From Chiloscyllium plagiosum (Eukaryota), in contig NC_057719.1 in NCBI RefSeq assembly GCF_004010195.1, forward strand, positions 26,353,426-26,417,425: a stretch of DNA of 64,000 bases, given 5' to 3'. The translations under genes were made by a program, and so were the position numbers. The stretch's first letter is position 1. Each line of letters starts with the position of its first letter. Below the pieces are notes generated by a model, which saw only the letters and a list, made by a program, of their open reading frames with translations, was not told the DNA's origin and ran no database searches. This document shows positions 11,101-26,100 of the stretch, piece by piece.

Positions 11101-14100
11101 TAAAATCATAACCTGCTTCAGTATCTGAGGAGTTGCAAATGGTTCTGAACATTTTGCAATCTTCAGCAAACATCCCCACTTCTGACCTTAAAACAGAGGA
11201 ATGGTCTTTGATGAAGCTGAACATGGTTGTGCCTATGACACACTTGCAGAGATGAAGTGAGGTGGAGCTGAGGTCCTGTGACTCCAGTTTTGCTTCAACT
11301 CCTTTACGCCATCAGTCAAATTCGACCTTGATGTCAAGGACAATCGCGCTCTCCTTACTTCCACACTTCAGCTCTTTTGGATCGTGTTTAAACTGAGGCT
11401 CCACTGAGGTCATGAGGTAACTAGATTTGGCAGACTCAAACTGAGTGTTAATAAGCTGATTATTACTGAGTAAGTGCTGTTTATTAACCCTGCTGATGAC
11501 CCCTCACATCATGTTGCTAATGATTGAAAGTAGACTGTGGGAGTGGTAATTGGCTGGGTTAGATATGTCTTTGTGTACAGGACATACCAGGAATTTTTTC
11601 ACAGATGGCAGTAACTGTATTGGAGCAGTTTGGCTGGAGGCATGGCAAGTATTCAGGGCTATTGCCAGAATGTCGTCAGGACCCATAGCCTTTGCAGTAT
11701 CTAGTGTCTCCATTTGTTTCTTGATTTCATGTGGAGTGAGGTTGTAAGTTTGCTCATTGAGCTGGTGCGTTTGTTCTCAGACATTTTGTCACCATGCTAG
11801 ATAACATCAGGAGTGAGCCTCAGGTGAAGCGTTGATGTTCTGTCTCACTTGCTATTTGTGTCTTGGTTTGTTGTGGTAGGTGGTATTGTTTCCAGTTTTG
11901 TTTTTTAAAAGGTACGTCTATATGTTTGTTAATGGAGTTCCAGTTTGAATGCCAGGCCTCTAGGAATTCCCGAGCTTTGTCTTTGTTTGGCCTGTCCCAG
12001 GATGGATGCATTGTCCCCAGTTAAACCGGTGTCCCTCTTCGTCTGTGTGTATGGATACTAGTGCTAGTTGGCCATGTCTTTTGGTTGCTAGTTGGCCATG
12101 TCTTTTGGTTGCTAGTTGGTGCTCATGTATCCTGATGGCTAGTTTCCTGTCCATCTGTCCAAAGTAATGTTTGTTGCAGTTCTTACAGGGTGTTTTACTG
12201 CTGACTGTGAATATGGGGTCCTTTAAATTCATAAGTAGTTTTTTAATGGGATAGTAGGTTTTTTGCCTAGGGGCCGGAGTAGTCTGGTGGTCATCTCTGA
12301 AATGTCTTTGATGTATGGTAGGGTGATTTAGAGTCTCTGGGCATGTTGTGTCTTCCTGTTTAGATCCATTGTTCAGGAATTGGCAGACTGCACTTATCAG
12401 GTAACCATTGTTCCTGAATACTGTATGTTGTATAGTGTTTCTCCTCAGCTTCTCACACTTCCAGTGTATTGTGGCTTGTTTAAATCATGTCCTGATGCAG
12501 CTCTGTTTGAGAGTGTTGGGATGGCTGTTTCTGTAGTTGAGTATCTGGTCAGTATGTGTGGCTTTCCTGTAAACGTTTGTCCACAGTTCTCCATTGGCTT
12601 TTTGTCTACCATGACGTCCAGGAAGAGGAGTCTGTTATTGTTCTCTTCCTCTTTGGTGAATTTTCTACTGTTGGGGATATTGTTTGCGTTAGTCATATAT
12701 CCTGATGATAAAGGTGTTATCTACGTAGCGGACCCAAAGAAGGGCTGTTTGTTCTAACCTCTGCATAACTGCTTCTGCTGTAATACCTGATATTGGTGAT
12801 CCTATAGGCGTCCCATTGAAATCTTTTGTATATCTTGTCGTTGATGGTGAAGTGGGTTGTGAGGCACAGGTCCAGGAGTTTGAGGATGGTGTCCTTGCTG
12901 ATGCAGTTGACACTGTCAGGTGTTTATATCCCTGCTTTCTTTAGCAGTGAGGCCAGTGTTCCTTTGACCACTGTTTATTGATGTTTATTGATGTGAATTA
13001 TCACAGGAAACCATGACCCCATCATCCTCTACCTAGGTGTCTTTGATGAGGAGGAATTCCTGGGTGGAGTGGATGAAATGGGTTGAGTCTTCTACCCTCT
13101 CAAAGCGCATCCCTCCACTCCAATCCCAACCTCACCATTAAACCAGCGGACAAGGGGGAGTGCAGAGGTAATTTGGTGCACCAACCCCTACACCGCTGAA
13201 GCCAGGTGCCAACTAATGAGCACCACCTCCTACTGACCCTTGGACCGTGAGCTTACCTCCCATCACCAAATCATCATCTCCCTGACCATCCTACAATCTC
13301 AACACCTCATGGAATCTCTCATCCACAACCTCCAACTTCAGTCCCAGAACCCTGCACTGCCTGGTTCTCTTACCCAAAATCCACAAACCTAACTGCCCTG
13401 GTCAACCCATCGTCTCCACCTGTTACTGTCCCATCAAACTTATTTCCTCCTATCTTGACACCATCTTGTCGTCTTTGGTCCAGAAACTCCCCACATATTC
13501 TTGGATGCTGCCTGACCTGCTGTGCTTTTCCATTGCCACACTTCTCGACTCTTCTACTATGTGTTTTAGTTTTCGTTGAAGTTCCTTTGCTAGCCTGTAT
13601 GTCAGTGTGCCAGGAAGTGAGACTTTGGATCGGAGGGGGTCACCTTATTTGTGTACCTTTGGTAATCTGTAGAAACAGAGTGTGTTGGACCCTTCTGGTT
13701 TCATTCTTTGAAGCCTGTCTTGTTAATTTCACCTGTTCTTGTGTAGTTTCCTCAGGTTTGCTGTAATGTGGTTTTCTTGCTGTGGAGTTGGATCCATTGC
13801 CACCTGTTGGTAGGTGTCGGTTAGTAATGTGTTAGCTTTTTCAATATAGTGTTTTTTCAGAACCATGTCATATGCCTTTTGTCCACAGTTAGGATTACAA
13901 TATTTCTGTCTTTTCGGAGTCCTTCCAGGACTTTTCTTTCAAGTGTGTTTAGAGTATTCCCTTCTTTCTTTCTGCTTAGTGTTAGTGCTCCTGTCTGTCT
14001 GATGGCCTGCTGGGTTTCTTTGAGTCTGTTGTCTTTTAGCGTGGATTCCAGTGCTGCTCGGAAGTCCTTTTTGTCCGGGTCCCTGTCATTGTAGTTCATC

Positions 14101-17100
14101 ACTTGTACTAGGACGGCTTTTTCAGTGTCTGTAAATGGCCGGTCAGACAGGTTCTTTATCCAGTTCTCTGATTTGTCCATTTCATTGCTATATTTGAGCT
14201 TGGTTAGTTTTCCTTGTAAGGCTAGTCTTTTCTTTGTCCTGATCTCTGTTGTTTCATGCTGATGGCTCGTTCTAGTGCAGTTGTCCATTTGTGGTTGGTT
14301 GCGTTAGTGTACAGAGTTTCTTGGCGCGAAATTTCTCATTCGTATTTGTGGAGTCAATTGTGGGCATCGTTTATCATTTCTCATAGCATTCTGCGGCCAT
14401 TCTGTTTTGCTAGTCTCCTGGCTTGTGGGTGTTGAGAGGTGGTTTGTATTTGACACATTGTGTTTCCTGAGACACGCGGGCATACAGACTAGCAAAGGAA
14501 CTGCAATGGAAACTATAATACCCGGCGGAAGACTCTACCCACTCCATACAGGAATTCCTTAACATCATCAAAGACACCAAGATAGAGGACATCAAGGTCA
14601 TGGTTTCCTATGATGTGATGGCCCTATTCTGCATAGAAGTTGTTTGGATGGAACAATTTTTTTTGTCTTTCATTTTTTCTTTAGTATTTTCTCCAGATTC
14701 TGGAAATGTTGCAGTGTTTTATTTCTTAATTGGGAGGACAGTAAGCAAACTGACAACCTGAGCGACAGATCTCCAAAATCTCGTGGAGTGAATTGAATTG
14801 ACTGAAGACTGGCAACTGTAAAGTTGGGGATCTCCAGAGAAGGGCAAGATGTGTCATCCAGATTATTTCAAATGTTTCAGCCTTAACTTTGCACTGATGT
14901 ACTGGGCTCCCTCATTGTTACGGATGGCGTTAGTTGTGGAGCCTCCTATGGCTTGATAGTAATGGTAGAATGGTTTACCTGGTCTTCTGAGTGACAGGCC
15001 AACCTAGGGATGATGGTGTCTGAGAAACTAACCACACTGTATGTTTCATTTGACTATAGTGGGCTTTTACTTGACCAGTGGTTTGTCCCAATTTTTGGAA
15101 AAATCCTACTGATATTAATGGGAAGTTATTTGCAGGGACGATTAGCTAGAGTATGTGTCTGTTACTTTCAATGCCAGGCAGTCCATCCAGTATTTTTTCT
15201 ACTCTTCTATAATGCAACTGCATGGCTTGTTTGGCCAGTTCAGGAGGTAAGTAGGAATCAATCCCCGTGTTGAGAGTCTGGAATCACATTTACACCAGAC
15301 TGGTAATAGATGGCAACTCATAGAAATTATATTATATAATATAGTCACGAGACTATATTATATTCCAGATTTGTTTACTCATTAAAAAAATGTAATTCCA
15401 CCTGCTGCCACGGTTGGCATTCAAAGTTGTGTCTCTTGAACACTAGCCTGGGCCTCTGGAATATTAATCCAGCCACATTGCCACTATGCTGATTGAACTC
15501 ATGATGATACAATCCCTGTAGTGATTGAGTTTATGATGTTCGGATCCTATACTATTCCTTGCACACACCTAATAGTATAATGAGTCATTGTTTACCTTGA
15601 AGTTTGCTATTCCAGATGCTTTGTGCATGAAAGTTAGACTTAGTGTATGGAAAATGTAAACCTGTCTGAGAGTTGAACTTTAGTTCCAATTGATAAGAAA
15701 CATGAATTACAACATGCATTTTTAGTTTTATTTTCAAATTTTAAACAATGTAGATTGGTTTCCTAATCACGAAAGAATTGAGTATTTTTGTGCAGTATTG
15801 ACTGAAGTACACCATAGTGCAGGAGATCTGAAGCTGCAGTTCATATGAAAGTTTGCTGAACTTTACTCTGCTTGATTCCACAGCAAGAAGGATCCCTTTG
15901 TGCTCAGCATTGCCTCAACAATTTGTTGCAGGGAGAGTACTTCAGCCCTATAGACCTCTCTACAATTGCGCAACAGTTGGATGAAGAAGAGCGAGAAAGA
16001 ATGGCAGAGGGAGGAACTGGTACAGAAGAATACAGAATATTTTTACAGGTCAAAATGCAAGCTAACTTAACATCAGTTTCAGTGATGCTGCTGTGCATAA
16101 GCCAGTTGTCATAACTCAGTAATAAAAGCAGAAAGTGCTGGAGAAACTCAGCAGGTCTGACAGTCATTGATGAAGATAGAAACAAAGTTAATGTTTCAAG
16201 TCCACTATGACTCTTCGTTTTTCTTTTCTGTTCAAGCTGTCAACTTTGTTTCTCTCCACAGATGCTGCCGGATCTGCTGAGTTTTTCCAATACTATCGCT
16301 TTTTATTTCAGAACTCCAGCATTCACTGTATTTTGCCTCTCTATGCCACACTGGATAGTGAAGAAGGCTTTTGGTCAGTCCATTGGGGATAGGAGTAAGG
16401 AGGTCATTTGGAATACTGCATGCAGAGTCAAAGTGTGGCACTAGAAAAGCACAGCAGGTCAGGCATTGTCCAAGGAGCAGGAGAATTGATGTTTCAGGCA
16501 TAATTCGTGATGAAGGGCTTATGCCCGAAACATCGACTCTCCCGCTCCTGGGATGCTGCTTTTCCAGCACCACACTTTTCGACTCTAATCTCCAATATCT
16601 GCAGTCCTCACTTTCTCCTATACTGCATGCAGTTCAGGTCTCCATGCTATAGGAAGAATGTTGTGAAATTTGAAAGGGATCAGAAAAGATTTACAAGGAT
16701 GTTGCCAGGGTTGGAGGATTTGAGCTATGGGGAAGGGCTGAATAAACGTAGACTTTGTTTTACCTGGAGCGTCAGAGGCTGAGAGGTGACCTTATAGATG
16801 TTTACAAAATCACGAGGGGCATGGCTAGTGTAAATAGGCAAGATCTTTTCCCCAGGATTGGGGGAGTCCAAAACTAGAGGGCATAGGTTTAAGGTCAGAG
16901 GAGAAAGATCTAAAAAGAACCTAAGGGGCAGTTTTTTTCACGCAGAGGGTGTTACGTGTATGGTGTCAACTGCCAGAGGAAGTTGTGGAGGCTAGAACAT
17001 TTAAAAAGCATCTGGATGGGTACATGAATAGGATGAGTTAAGGGATATGGGCCAAATGCTGGCAAATGGGACTAGATTTATTTGGGATAACTGGTCGGCA

Positions 17101-20100
17101 TGGACGATTTGGACCAAAGGGTATTATAGCTCTATGACTCTGTAACTCAGTCGTAGTGGGCTGAGAAATGGGAAATGAAATTTAATGTTGATAAATGTGA
17201 GTTCTTGCATTTTGGAAAGTCAAATCAAGGCGGGAGTTGCATGGTGAATGGTAGGGCCTTAAGCAGTGTAATGGAATGGAGGGACCTTGGAGTTCAGGTA
17301 CACGGTTCTCTGAAAGTGGAGGCACAGGTAGACAGGACAGTGAAGAAGGCTTTGACACACTGACCTTCGTCAGTCAGGGCATTGAGTAAAGACATTGGGA
17401 AGTTATGTTGCAGTTGTACAGGTTGCAGGTGAGGCCGAACATGGGGTATTGTGTTCAGTTTTGGTCACCTTGGCAATACGTTCCAGGCAGGAGTCACCAT
17501 CTGGATGCAATTTTTTTTTAATGTTATCTCTGATTCTTTTACCAATCACCTTTAATCTTTTTGAGTGACAGGATTTAAGATAAGTTGTTAAACCAAGGCC
17601 TCATTTGCCATCTAAAATTATGACAGTTTTTTTTGCTGATGTCAAGAGCAACTTTATAATTGTAACAATACTCTTGTTATAGTTAAAGCCAAGGAACTAT
17701 TAATTGCTCGATGAAATTATACAGATTTTTGCATACTTTGTCTGCCAATAAAGAAAAGGCACCTTTCGCATTAGTCCATGAACCATGACCATCTTGCGTT
17801 TTGTTTTCTTTCAATGTAGCAACCTTCAGGGAACATGGATGATAGTGGATTCTTTTCAATTCAAGTAAGTATTTGATTTTAAACCTAAAAATCCATTTTA
17901 TTTAGCATGCTAAAAGTATTATGAAGCATCTTTTTTTTTCTGTTGTAATTGAAAAACAGATTTTTTAAAGAAATTATAGCATACGGCATCCACAAGCTGA
18001 ACTTAATTAGAATAGTTTGATTTGTTATTTCCTCTTTGATATTTTGCTTCTTTACTTTTCTCATTTTAACTTCCTATCTGGTTTTCTAAGTCAGTTTCTT
18101 CAAATTGTTTCTCAGTCTATTCTGCAACCACCATTTCATCTCTATGGTAGCAACATGCACTGTCTTAGTGTAGAAAAATATGCAGTAATGGAATTTTCAG
18201 TATTTGAATCCCTGTCCCAAGTTATCACTTCCATACTACTTAATTATTAAAATAGCACATGGCGAATGTGAAGCTGGCATACCCATCAAAGAATTGAAAG
18301 GGATGGGAATAGGATAATGCAAGTAAAATTTGGAGTAATTACAAATGGGCAATGTTTCAGTTAATAATAAGCATGAAGTAACTGTCATGTATTTTCATGG
18401 CTGACTTGACAAATTAATAGTTTTAACCGTTAAATGAATCAAGAAAATGCACTTGTTCTGAGAGGTGGCAAGCATTGAAGATATTGATGAAATGAGTAGC
18501 ATTTCTGAAGCTCTGTCTATGTCTCTCATTACCCATAATACTTATTCATCACTGAAAATGTGTTGCTCTCAAATGTACTTTTACATACTCTTTTTGGCAG
18601 GATGGAATTACCCAAACCATGGCTATATCAAGATATGATCATAAGAATGCTTTGTACCCAATGCGTAATTATTGTGTTTTTATTTTATGTTTGCCAACAA
18701 AGAAAACAAAACTTATTCCTTGAGGCAAATTTATGCAGGCTGAATAAACTTCATTTGTTCATGTTTATGCTTAGCCTGCTCAACAATCTAATCTGTATTT
18801 CATCTGGCAATGTAACATTAATATTTGTATAATACAATATATAAACGATGTATGTACCATCACGTTAGAGCTAATATGTATTTGCTTGTAGAATTGATGC
18901 ATGTGCAAGGTATAAACTAAAATATTTTTTGTCATCTTTTCCAAGCTTTATTTATCAAGGTATAGGTCAAACCGCAGATGAACAATAGCACCTGAGGCTA
19001 CCAATGATTTGTTATCCTCCAGTAACCCTCTTGTGCACTTTCTCCAAATTCTTTTTTAATTGGACACACTAAGATTTCAACATGCTACTGTTCTTCTGAT
19101 CAGTAAGGATGAAGAGATTTGATTGGCAAATGGAAGAGGGTATATTTTACTTGTTTTAAAGTTCACCCTAAAATGGTAAAATAAACCAACAGGTTAACAT
19201 AGAAATGGAGTGCTGAGAAATTAGTTGTAGCATTCTGTGAAATCAGAAGTAGTTTTCCTCACAGGAGGAAGGAACCTTTTCTTCTCGCATTCTCTCTACC
19301 TTTCTTTCACCCCACTCCCAAAACCTGCCACAACTGCCAAACACCTCTGAATGTTGGGTCAATTGAAAACTTTCAAGACTGAGATTTATAGTAAGGATAT
19401 CAGGGGATATATGATATAAGAAACAATCAGTTTAATTACATTTCTTTACATTGTGAAAAATAACTACAAATACTGAAGACAAATAATTATAGTCCTGAGT
19501 GTAAGGTGGAAGAGGGAAGGCTCCAGGAAAATGAAAGCAATATGTTGAAGCATATCTTACAGTTAGTGCATATACATTTGCATGTGTGAAAATAAGTTGC
19601 TTTTCAAATTAATTTTATATGATTCCTATTGTATTGTTAATATCCAAAAATTGTATTGCTTATACCCAAAGAACTTTCAAAGCAATTTTATTTCTGCAGG
19701 TGATTAGTACTGCCTTGAGTGTATGGGGTTTAGAGATTACCCTCTTCAACAGTCCAGAATATCAACGGTTAAAGATTGATCCAGTGTAAGCCACATTAAA
19801 GTACTGTATATGTAAATACAGCATGTTTTCAGTAGTTAAAGTTTTTTTTAAATTGCAGATCTGTTTTCAGGTTTTGGATTCAGTTTGTTAATCTATGCTC
19901 TTTAAAACTGTTACAATTATATAATAGACATTTTATTTGGAAGATAGGCTTTTTAAAAAAATTGTTGATTCTTTCAACAAATTGCTTGTGAAATAGTTTA
20001 AGGTCTATCTACGTGTTTGTTGTTTCCACAGAATTGAAAGAGCATTTATTTGCAACTACAAAGAACATTGGTTTACAGTACGAAAATTAGGAAAGCAGGT

Positions 20101-23100
20101 AGTTAACTCTTTAACATTAAAGAGCTGCTATGGAATTTTGAAATTCATCTCCCAATATCAGAAGAATAAGAGTATTCAATTTGCAAAATCTTTCCAATAT
20201 TTTCCACAATTGTTTTAGCTCTTTGTTTAACATTTTTTTAGATTTGTTAAATTTGCTGTACAGGCCTACAGTTAAGTCTTCCTTCTGTCGCAGGAACTCT
20301 CATTACTTTTCATCTTTCTTCTTTAACATATAGCTTCACTTGGAGTGAAAAAGAAGTGCCAACAGATTGAGTTGCCTTTTCAAGACAAATTTTTTAAAAA
20401 TATTGTTACAGTTTCATTAGTTTTATGGTTCAGTAGGTGTTGCCTTTCCCTACCTGAATCAGGTTTCTTTCTAAGCTGCAGCATCAGAATGGCCCTGACC
20501 AAAGCCACAATTACATTCTCTATGACAGTGACCATTGTGCCTTATCCCTGCCAAGTTTCTCTGCAGCCTTTTACACAATTGATGACATCATCATCTTTAA
20601 ATTCTCTTCTGTAGTCCAGCTTAGTGGCACTGTTACTATTTGTTTCCCTTCATACCCACGTAGCCAGATAATCTCCAGCAATGCCCTTTGTTCCAGATGT
20701 CAGGATCTGTGGACTCCAGAACCATCAATCCTCAGCTGTGTCCTCTTTCTCTTCTGCCCGTTGTCTCTTTGCAGCACCATCTTCTGATGTGATTTGATTC
20801 CATGTATGTGTTGATGACATAGGGCTATAATTTTAAGTGCCTGCTTCAGCCCTTGCACTCAATGAAATCAAACTTGTCAGACATCCAGTCTTGTTTGAGT
20901 TGCAGTTTCCTCCAGCTAAGCAACCAAAGGCATTGCCTTGGGTCCTCAGGACAAACTTTCTAGCAGTGACAATGACTATTTTCCTCCTAGGCCACTGTTA
21001 TAGTTTGACACAAGCTGTTTGTAATTTTGGAGCTTGTCTGATTAAGCTGAATCTCCCCATAGTCTCACCAATAAATTGATTTCCTGCTACCACCTCACTA
21101 ACTTTGGCTGTCCCTATTTGGCTCCACTAATCAGTCACCTTCCTGTATGACCATCTCTCCTACACCCTTTGCTGGCTGCAGCTGATCAAAAGTTTTGCTG
21201 TTTGCATTTTATCCTATGCCAAGTTTTGCTCACCAATTATCAGTGGCCCTACTGATCTCCATTGACTCCCAGTTATGCAATGTCTTCAATTCATCCCCAT
21301 TTGCATGTCCTTACATTTTGTCTCTGTCACCCACACTCAACTTTCCTCTAGTCCAGTAGCCATACATTCATCCATTTTCTTTATGCTTCATGTCTACTCC
21401 CTCTCTTTGCTACCCCCATAATTGTGAATTAGACCCACAATTACCTTGACCTTGTGACCCCTCCCTAAATTTTACATTTAAAAATTTTGATTTTTAACCA
21501 TTTTAGTCAGCCCTCTTCATCTCTTAGTGCATTATTTATATTTTTAAATTACATTCCTGTGATGCAGCATAATATATTTTCCTCTGTTCACAGTACTTTA
21601 TCAATACAAGTTATTAAATGCAAGAGAGTCAAGCTTTACATCATACTTATAATTTCAATATATTTATCTGAATTGTTTACTTCTGCTCTTAATTCCTAAT
21701 AAGTGATATACACATATGTTGACAAAATTTCCATCTAAAGAAATATGTGACTGATTATATTGGATAAAATCAAATTTCTTGCCTCTACAGTTTCAGTTGA
21801 TGAATTTACTGCATTTTGGAATGTTGAGCTATTCAAAACAGGAAGATTGCAGGCTCAGTTCATGATTGCTGAGTTAACCAATCTCAGCTCTGTTGTTGTG
21901 AATGTACTTTGTTGTCTTTAACTTACAAATCATGAAAATTATAGCTAAACAAAAAGCCGAAAGAAGTATGGATCTTGGGAATCAGAAACCAGAATGAAAA
22001 TTACTGGAAAAACTCAGCAGGTCTGGCAGCATCTGTGGAGCGAAGAGTCACTGGACCGAAAGCATTAACTCTACTTTCTGTCCACAGATGCTGCCAGAAT
22101 TTTTGTGCTGAATTTTTTTCCAGCAATTTCTGATTTTGTTATGAACATAATAGCGTCAACCTGTTTAACCAGAGCTTGACCACTAGGTGACACTATTACT
22201 CATTTTCTGGCATGGAGTAAAGAATACAAAGCAAAATGAATGTACGTGAAAATAAGTTAATTTAAAAGTTATCATGATGTTGCAGCACAGAATGAATATT
22301 TGCTTCGAAAATTTCATAGATGTGATTAATAACTTGTGCTTTCTTTTCTGGGCAGTGGTTTAACTTGAATTCTTTATTGACGGGACCAGAGTTGATCTCC
22401 GACACTTACCTTGCCCTCTTCTTGGCACAATTACAACAAGAAGGTATCTTTTGTTCAATATCGCAACAACTTAGTTCATTGTTAATATAGGTAATATTCT
22501 GCCTAAAATAAAATAAATGAGGAAACAGTGTTGATATTATTTTGGGTTGCAATTTGATACACAATATCTCATAAAGTCTCTAGGTACTGATTCAAAGTTG
22601 TTGCAAATTTTTGGTCACTCATAGGTTTCTCCTTTAGGGCTTATATGCACTAAATAAATGTTTTCAAATTTAATACAATACCTCACATTGTAGGGAAAGA
22701 GCTGTTCAAGTTCAATTATGGATGTTACCTCTTCTAAATGTAAAAACCTTTGTGGTCAGATGCCCTGCTCATACTTGCCATTTATGCTTGCATATGAAGA
22801 TTTGTCACTCAAGCAAGAAAATGATTTCAGGCTGTGGGGCCATGACTCAGCAAGGAGTTAGCTCCTTCAGAAATGAATTGGGGAGGAAATTGGACAAAAA
22901 AAAATAGAAACTTGCTTCAGTAACAAAATACATTTTGAATAATTTTTTTGAAGGTGAAGTTCCAAATCTGCTGTCTAGTTATTATGAAAGAAAATCAGAA
23001 CTAACATTTTGGTATTAATCAGAACTTTTAGAAGTCTGACCTCAGTAAAATAAAAGACCATTAACAAATTTGACTATTTTCTATTTTTTACTTTCCTAAT

Positions 23101-26100
23101 GTTTCTTGCAAATTTGGTGATCATTGGGATGAAGGATGTTTTTGCTGAGGTGTAGAGCACTTACCGTTTTAGATGCTAGGTGTTAGCATCTATCAAATCC
23201 CGACAAGGCAGAGCTACAGTAAAGCTCCTTTTATTCTGCCTAACAGTGTACTTCAGCCTCAACCTTGGAATAGTGCACAATTTAATTTCCCTTGGCCTAC
23301 TGTGTAAATCATGACAATAAGAAATGTCCTGCAGAGGACATTTATAATAAACCTTGATATCTTATAAACAAACAATCCCAAAAGCTATTGCATTTCTTGT
23401 AGGGACAAATGTAGCAATAATTCTGTGCAAGCACATTTTTGCAAACTGTAGTAAATTGATAATCAATTAATTGTCACCAGTGGTATTTGTTGGAGGGAAG
23501 AATATCCTTAAAAAGTGCAACAGGGCTGAATAAATTTCACCCTGCGTGTAGTCTAATATCCCAGCTGAAGAATGGCACATCCCTCACGCAGCATTCTGTC
23601 CTTTGCTACATTATCTTGCTAATGATCTCAAAACCTGTTGTAGGTGTCCAATGTTTTAGCAAAAGAAGCTATTGTGTTTATAGAATTCCTACATTGTGGA
23701 TACAGGCCCTTTAGCCCAACAAGTCCCCACCAACCCTCCGAAGAGTAACCCACCCAAACCTATATTTACCCTTGATTAATGCACCTAACCTACACATCCC
23801 TGAACACTGTGGGCAATTTAGCACGGCCAGTTCACCTAACCTGCACATCGTTGGACTGTGAGAGGAAACCAGAACACCCAGAAGAAACGCACATAGACAT
23901 GGGGAGAATGTGCAAACTCCACACAGACAGTTGCTGGGGCTGGAATCGAACCTGGGTCCCTGGTGTGAGGCAGCAGTACTAACCACTGAGCGATCGTACC
24001 GCTAATTGTATAGGGCATTCTGCTTAATCATGATGCCAGTTGATTTTTGATCAAATTTGACCCATTTAACTGTCTTGTTCTTTGAATGAAACTCACCACT
24101 CCAAAAGGTTGGAGCTGCTTGATCACCAATCAAATGATTTAGGAGTTAAAATAGAAAGTGCTGGAGAAACTCAGCAGGGTTGGATACGTGTGTGGAGAGA
24201 AAAACAGAGTTCCTGTTTTGAGTTTGATATAACTCTTCACTGAAGCTGAATGGAAAATTGGAGTTTTTATGCTGTTGGCATAGGGGGAGGGGCAAGTAGA
24301 ACAGATGGTCAGGGTGCCCATAGCAAAAGATAAGGCAAGTGGTCGTGATGGAGGAATAATGGTCCTGAAACATTTCTTCCCTGGGCTTGCTGCATGCTCC
24401 AGGGAAGCCCAACACAAGCTCAAATAAAAGCACCTCATTTTCTGCTTATAGTCTTCACGACTCGACATTGAGTTCAACAACTTCAATGCATGAGTTCTGT
24501 CTTCCATTGTGATAAAATCTTCTCTCAGCAGCCCCTCTCCAGTATCATGTTTGTATAGGTTTGCTCTCAGTAAAGCTGACCTATTTTCTACTAATCAATT
24601 TTACTCAAGAATCTCCCAAGCAACTTTGGTACCTACAATGACACCATAAGTGGCAATTTGTAAACTTTTCACTGTACCCTTTTGTAATGTATCAGTAAAG
24701 CTAATTAAATTCAATTTACTATGATTGTCTATTTTGCACTGATATCCCTCCTCTGCTACCATTAATAGCCCTTTTGTCTTTTGCTCTGGGACCCTTCACA
24801 GTTTATGCCACTCACTCCTCTCAGTCTTTGTCATCAGCACAAAAACATGACTTCCAACCCGTTTCAATTCCAAGGAATAGTCACTTCAGAATCAACTTAT
24901 GTTCTCCCTTAACTCTAATTCTCTCTCTTCAGATGCTACCAGACCTGAGGTTTCTCATGTACTTTGTTTTTATTTTACATGACCAGAGTTATTGTACTCA
25001 TTGTTCACTTAGATATGCTTGAAGGTTCAGTGCCACAGCTGGTAAACTAAATAAAAATTAATATTTGGGAAAAGCTTGAGTTCATGACAGAATAATCTCA
25101 GTTGAGATGATTAACTAGACATTTGTTGTAAATTTTGTTCACTATCAACAAATCATAGAATAGCACAGGTCAGGAGGAGATTGTGGTTGACCATGTCTGC
25201 AGTCTTGCTTGTTTGAAGGGTAAGCCAGTTGGTCCCCCACTGCTGTTCTTTCCCCATATTCGTGCAATTTCTTTTCACCTTCACTATTACTACTTTCTAC
25301 TATTGACTCTATTTCCACCAACTTATCAGACGGCTTTCTTTTGCAAATCCTAACTACTTATGTCAAGAGAAGTCTCTTCTAATGCCACCACTGTCTTAAA
25401 TCTGTTTCCACTCATTACTGACCCTTCAGTCATTGGAAGCAGTTGTCTAATCAATTATTCCTTCTAAGCCCATCATGATTTTGAACACCCGTAACAAATC
25501 TACAATTGGCTTTGTGTTTCAAGGAGAACAACTCAGCTTCTCCAACTTATCCATGTAACTCCAAGTCCTCATCCCTAAACAATCCTAATAAATTTCTCTG
25601 TACCCTTTCTCTAAGTATTTTATGCCCTTCCTAAAATTGGCCATTAATAATTAGGTAATTATTGAGACCAAGCTCGCATTTTACCTTGATTGACCAATAC
25701 TTCCTGGATTTTGTACTCTCTCTTTAATAAGCCTTGAGTGCCATATGCTTGATTAAATGCATAATTTCTGCAGGTTATTCGATATTTGTAGTAAGAGGAG
25801 AACTGCCAGAATGTGACGCTGATGAGATACTCAAAAGCTTGAGAGTGGTGCAACAAGACAGGCCAAAGCTAATTGGAGAGGATGCAAATCAGCGAACAGA
25901 AATCGGTCAGAGGTATTGAGAAATAAAATTGCTCAAATCCCTTCATTTCTTCCTTCTCTAAAATAATTTACAACTGTTGTTCCTTACTTCTAGGCTGTCA
26001 TGTCATGTAAATGTCTGACGTGAGTGCTGTCTACATTGTAGGATCCGTTTCCCCACACTGACAAATGTGGACGTTATGCTCTACAACAGGTGTTAACTGT

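Noticed and set aside
25906..25911. Alternative exon 7 donor GTCAGA
   Set aside because: It would shift the frame relative to exon 8; the donor at 25913 keeps the frame.
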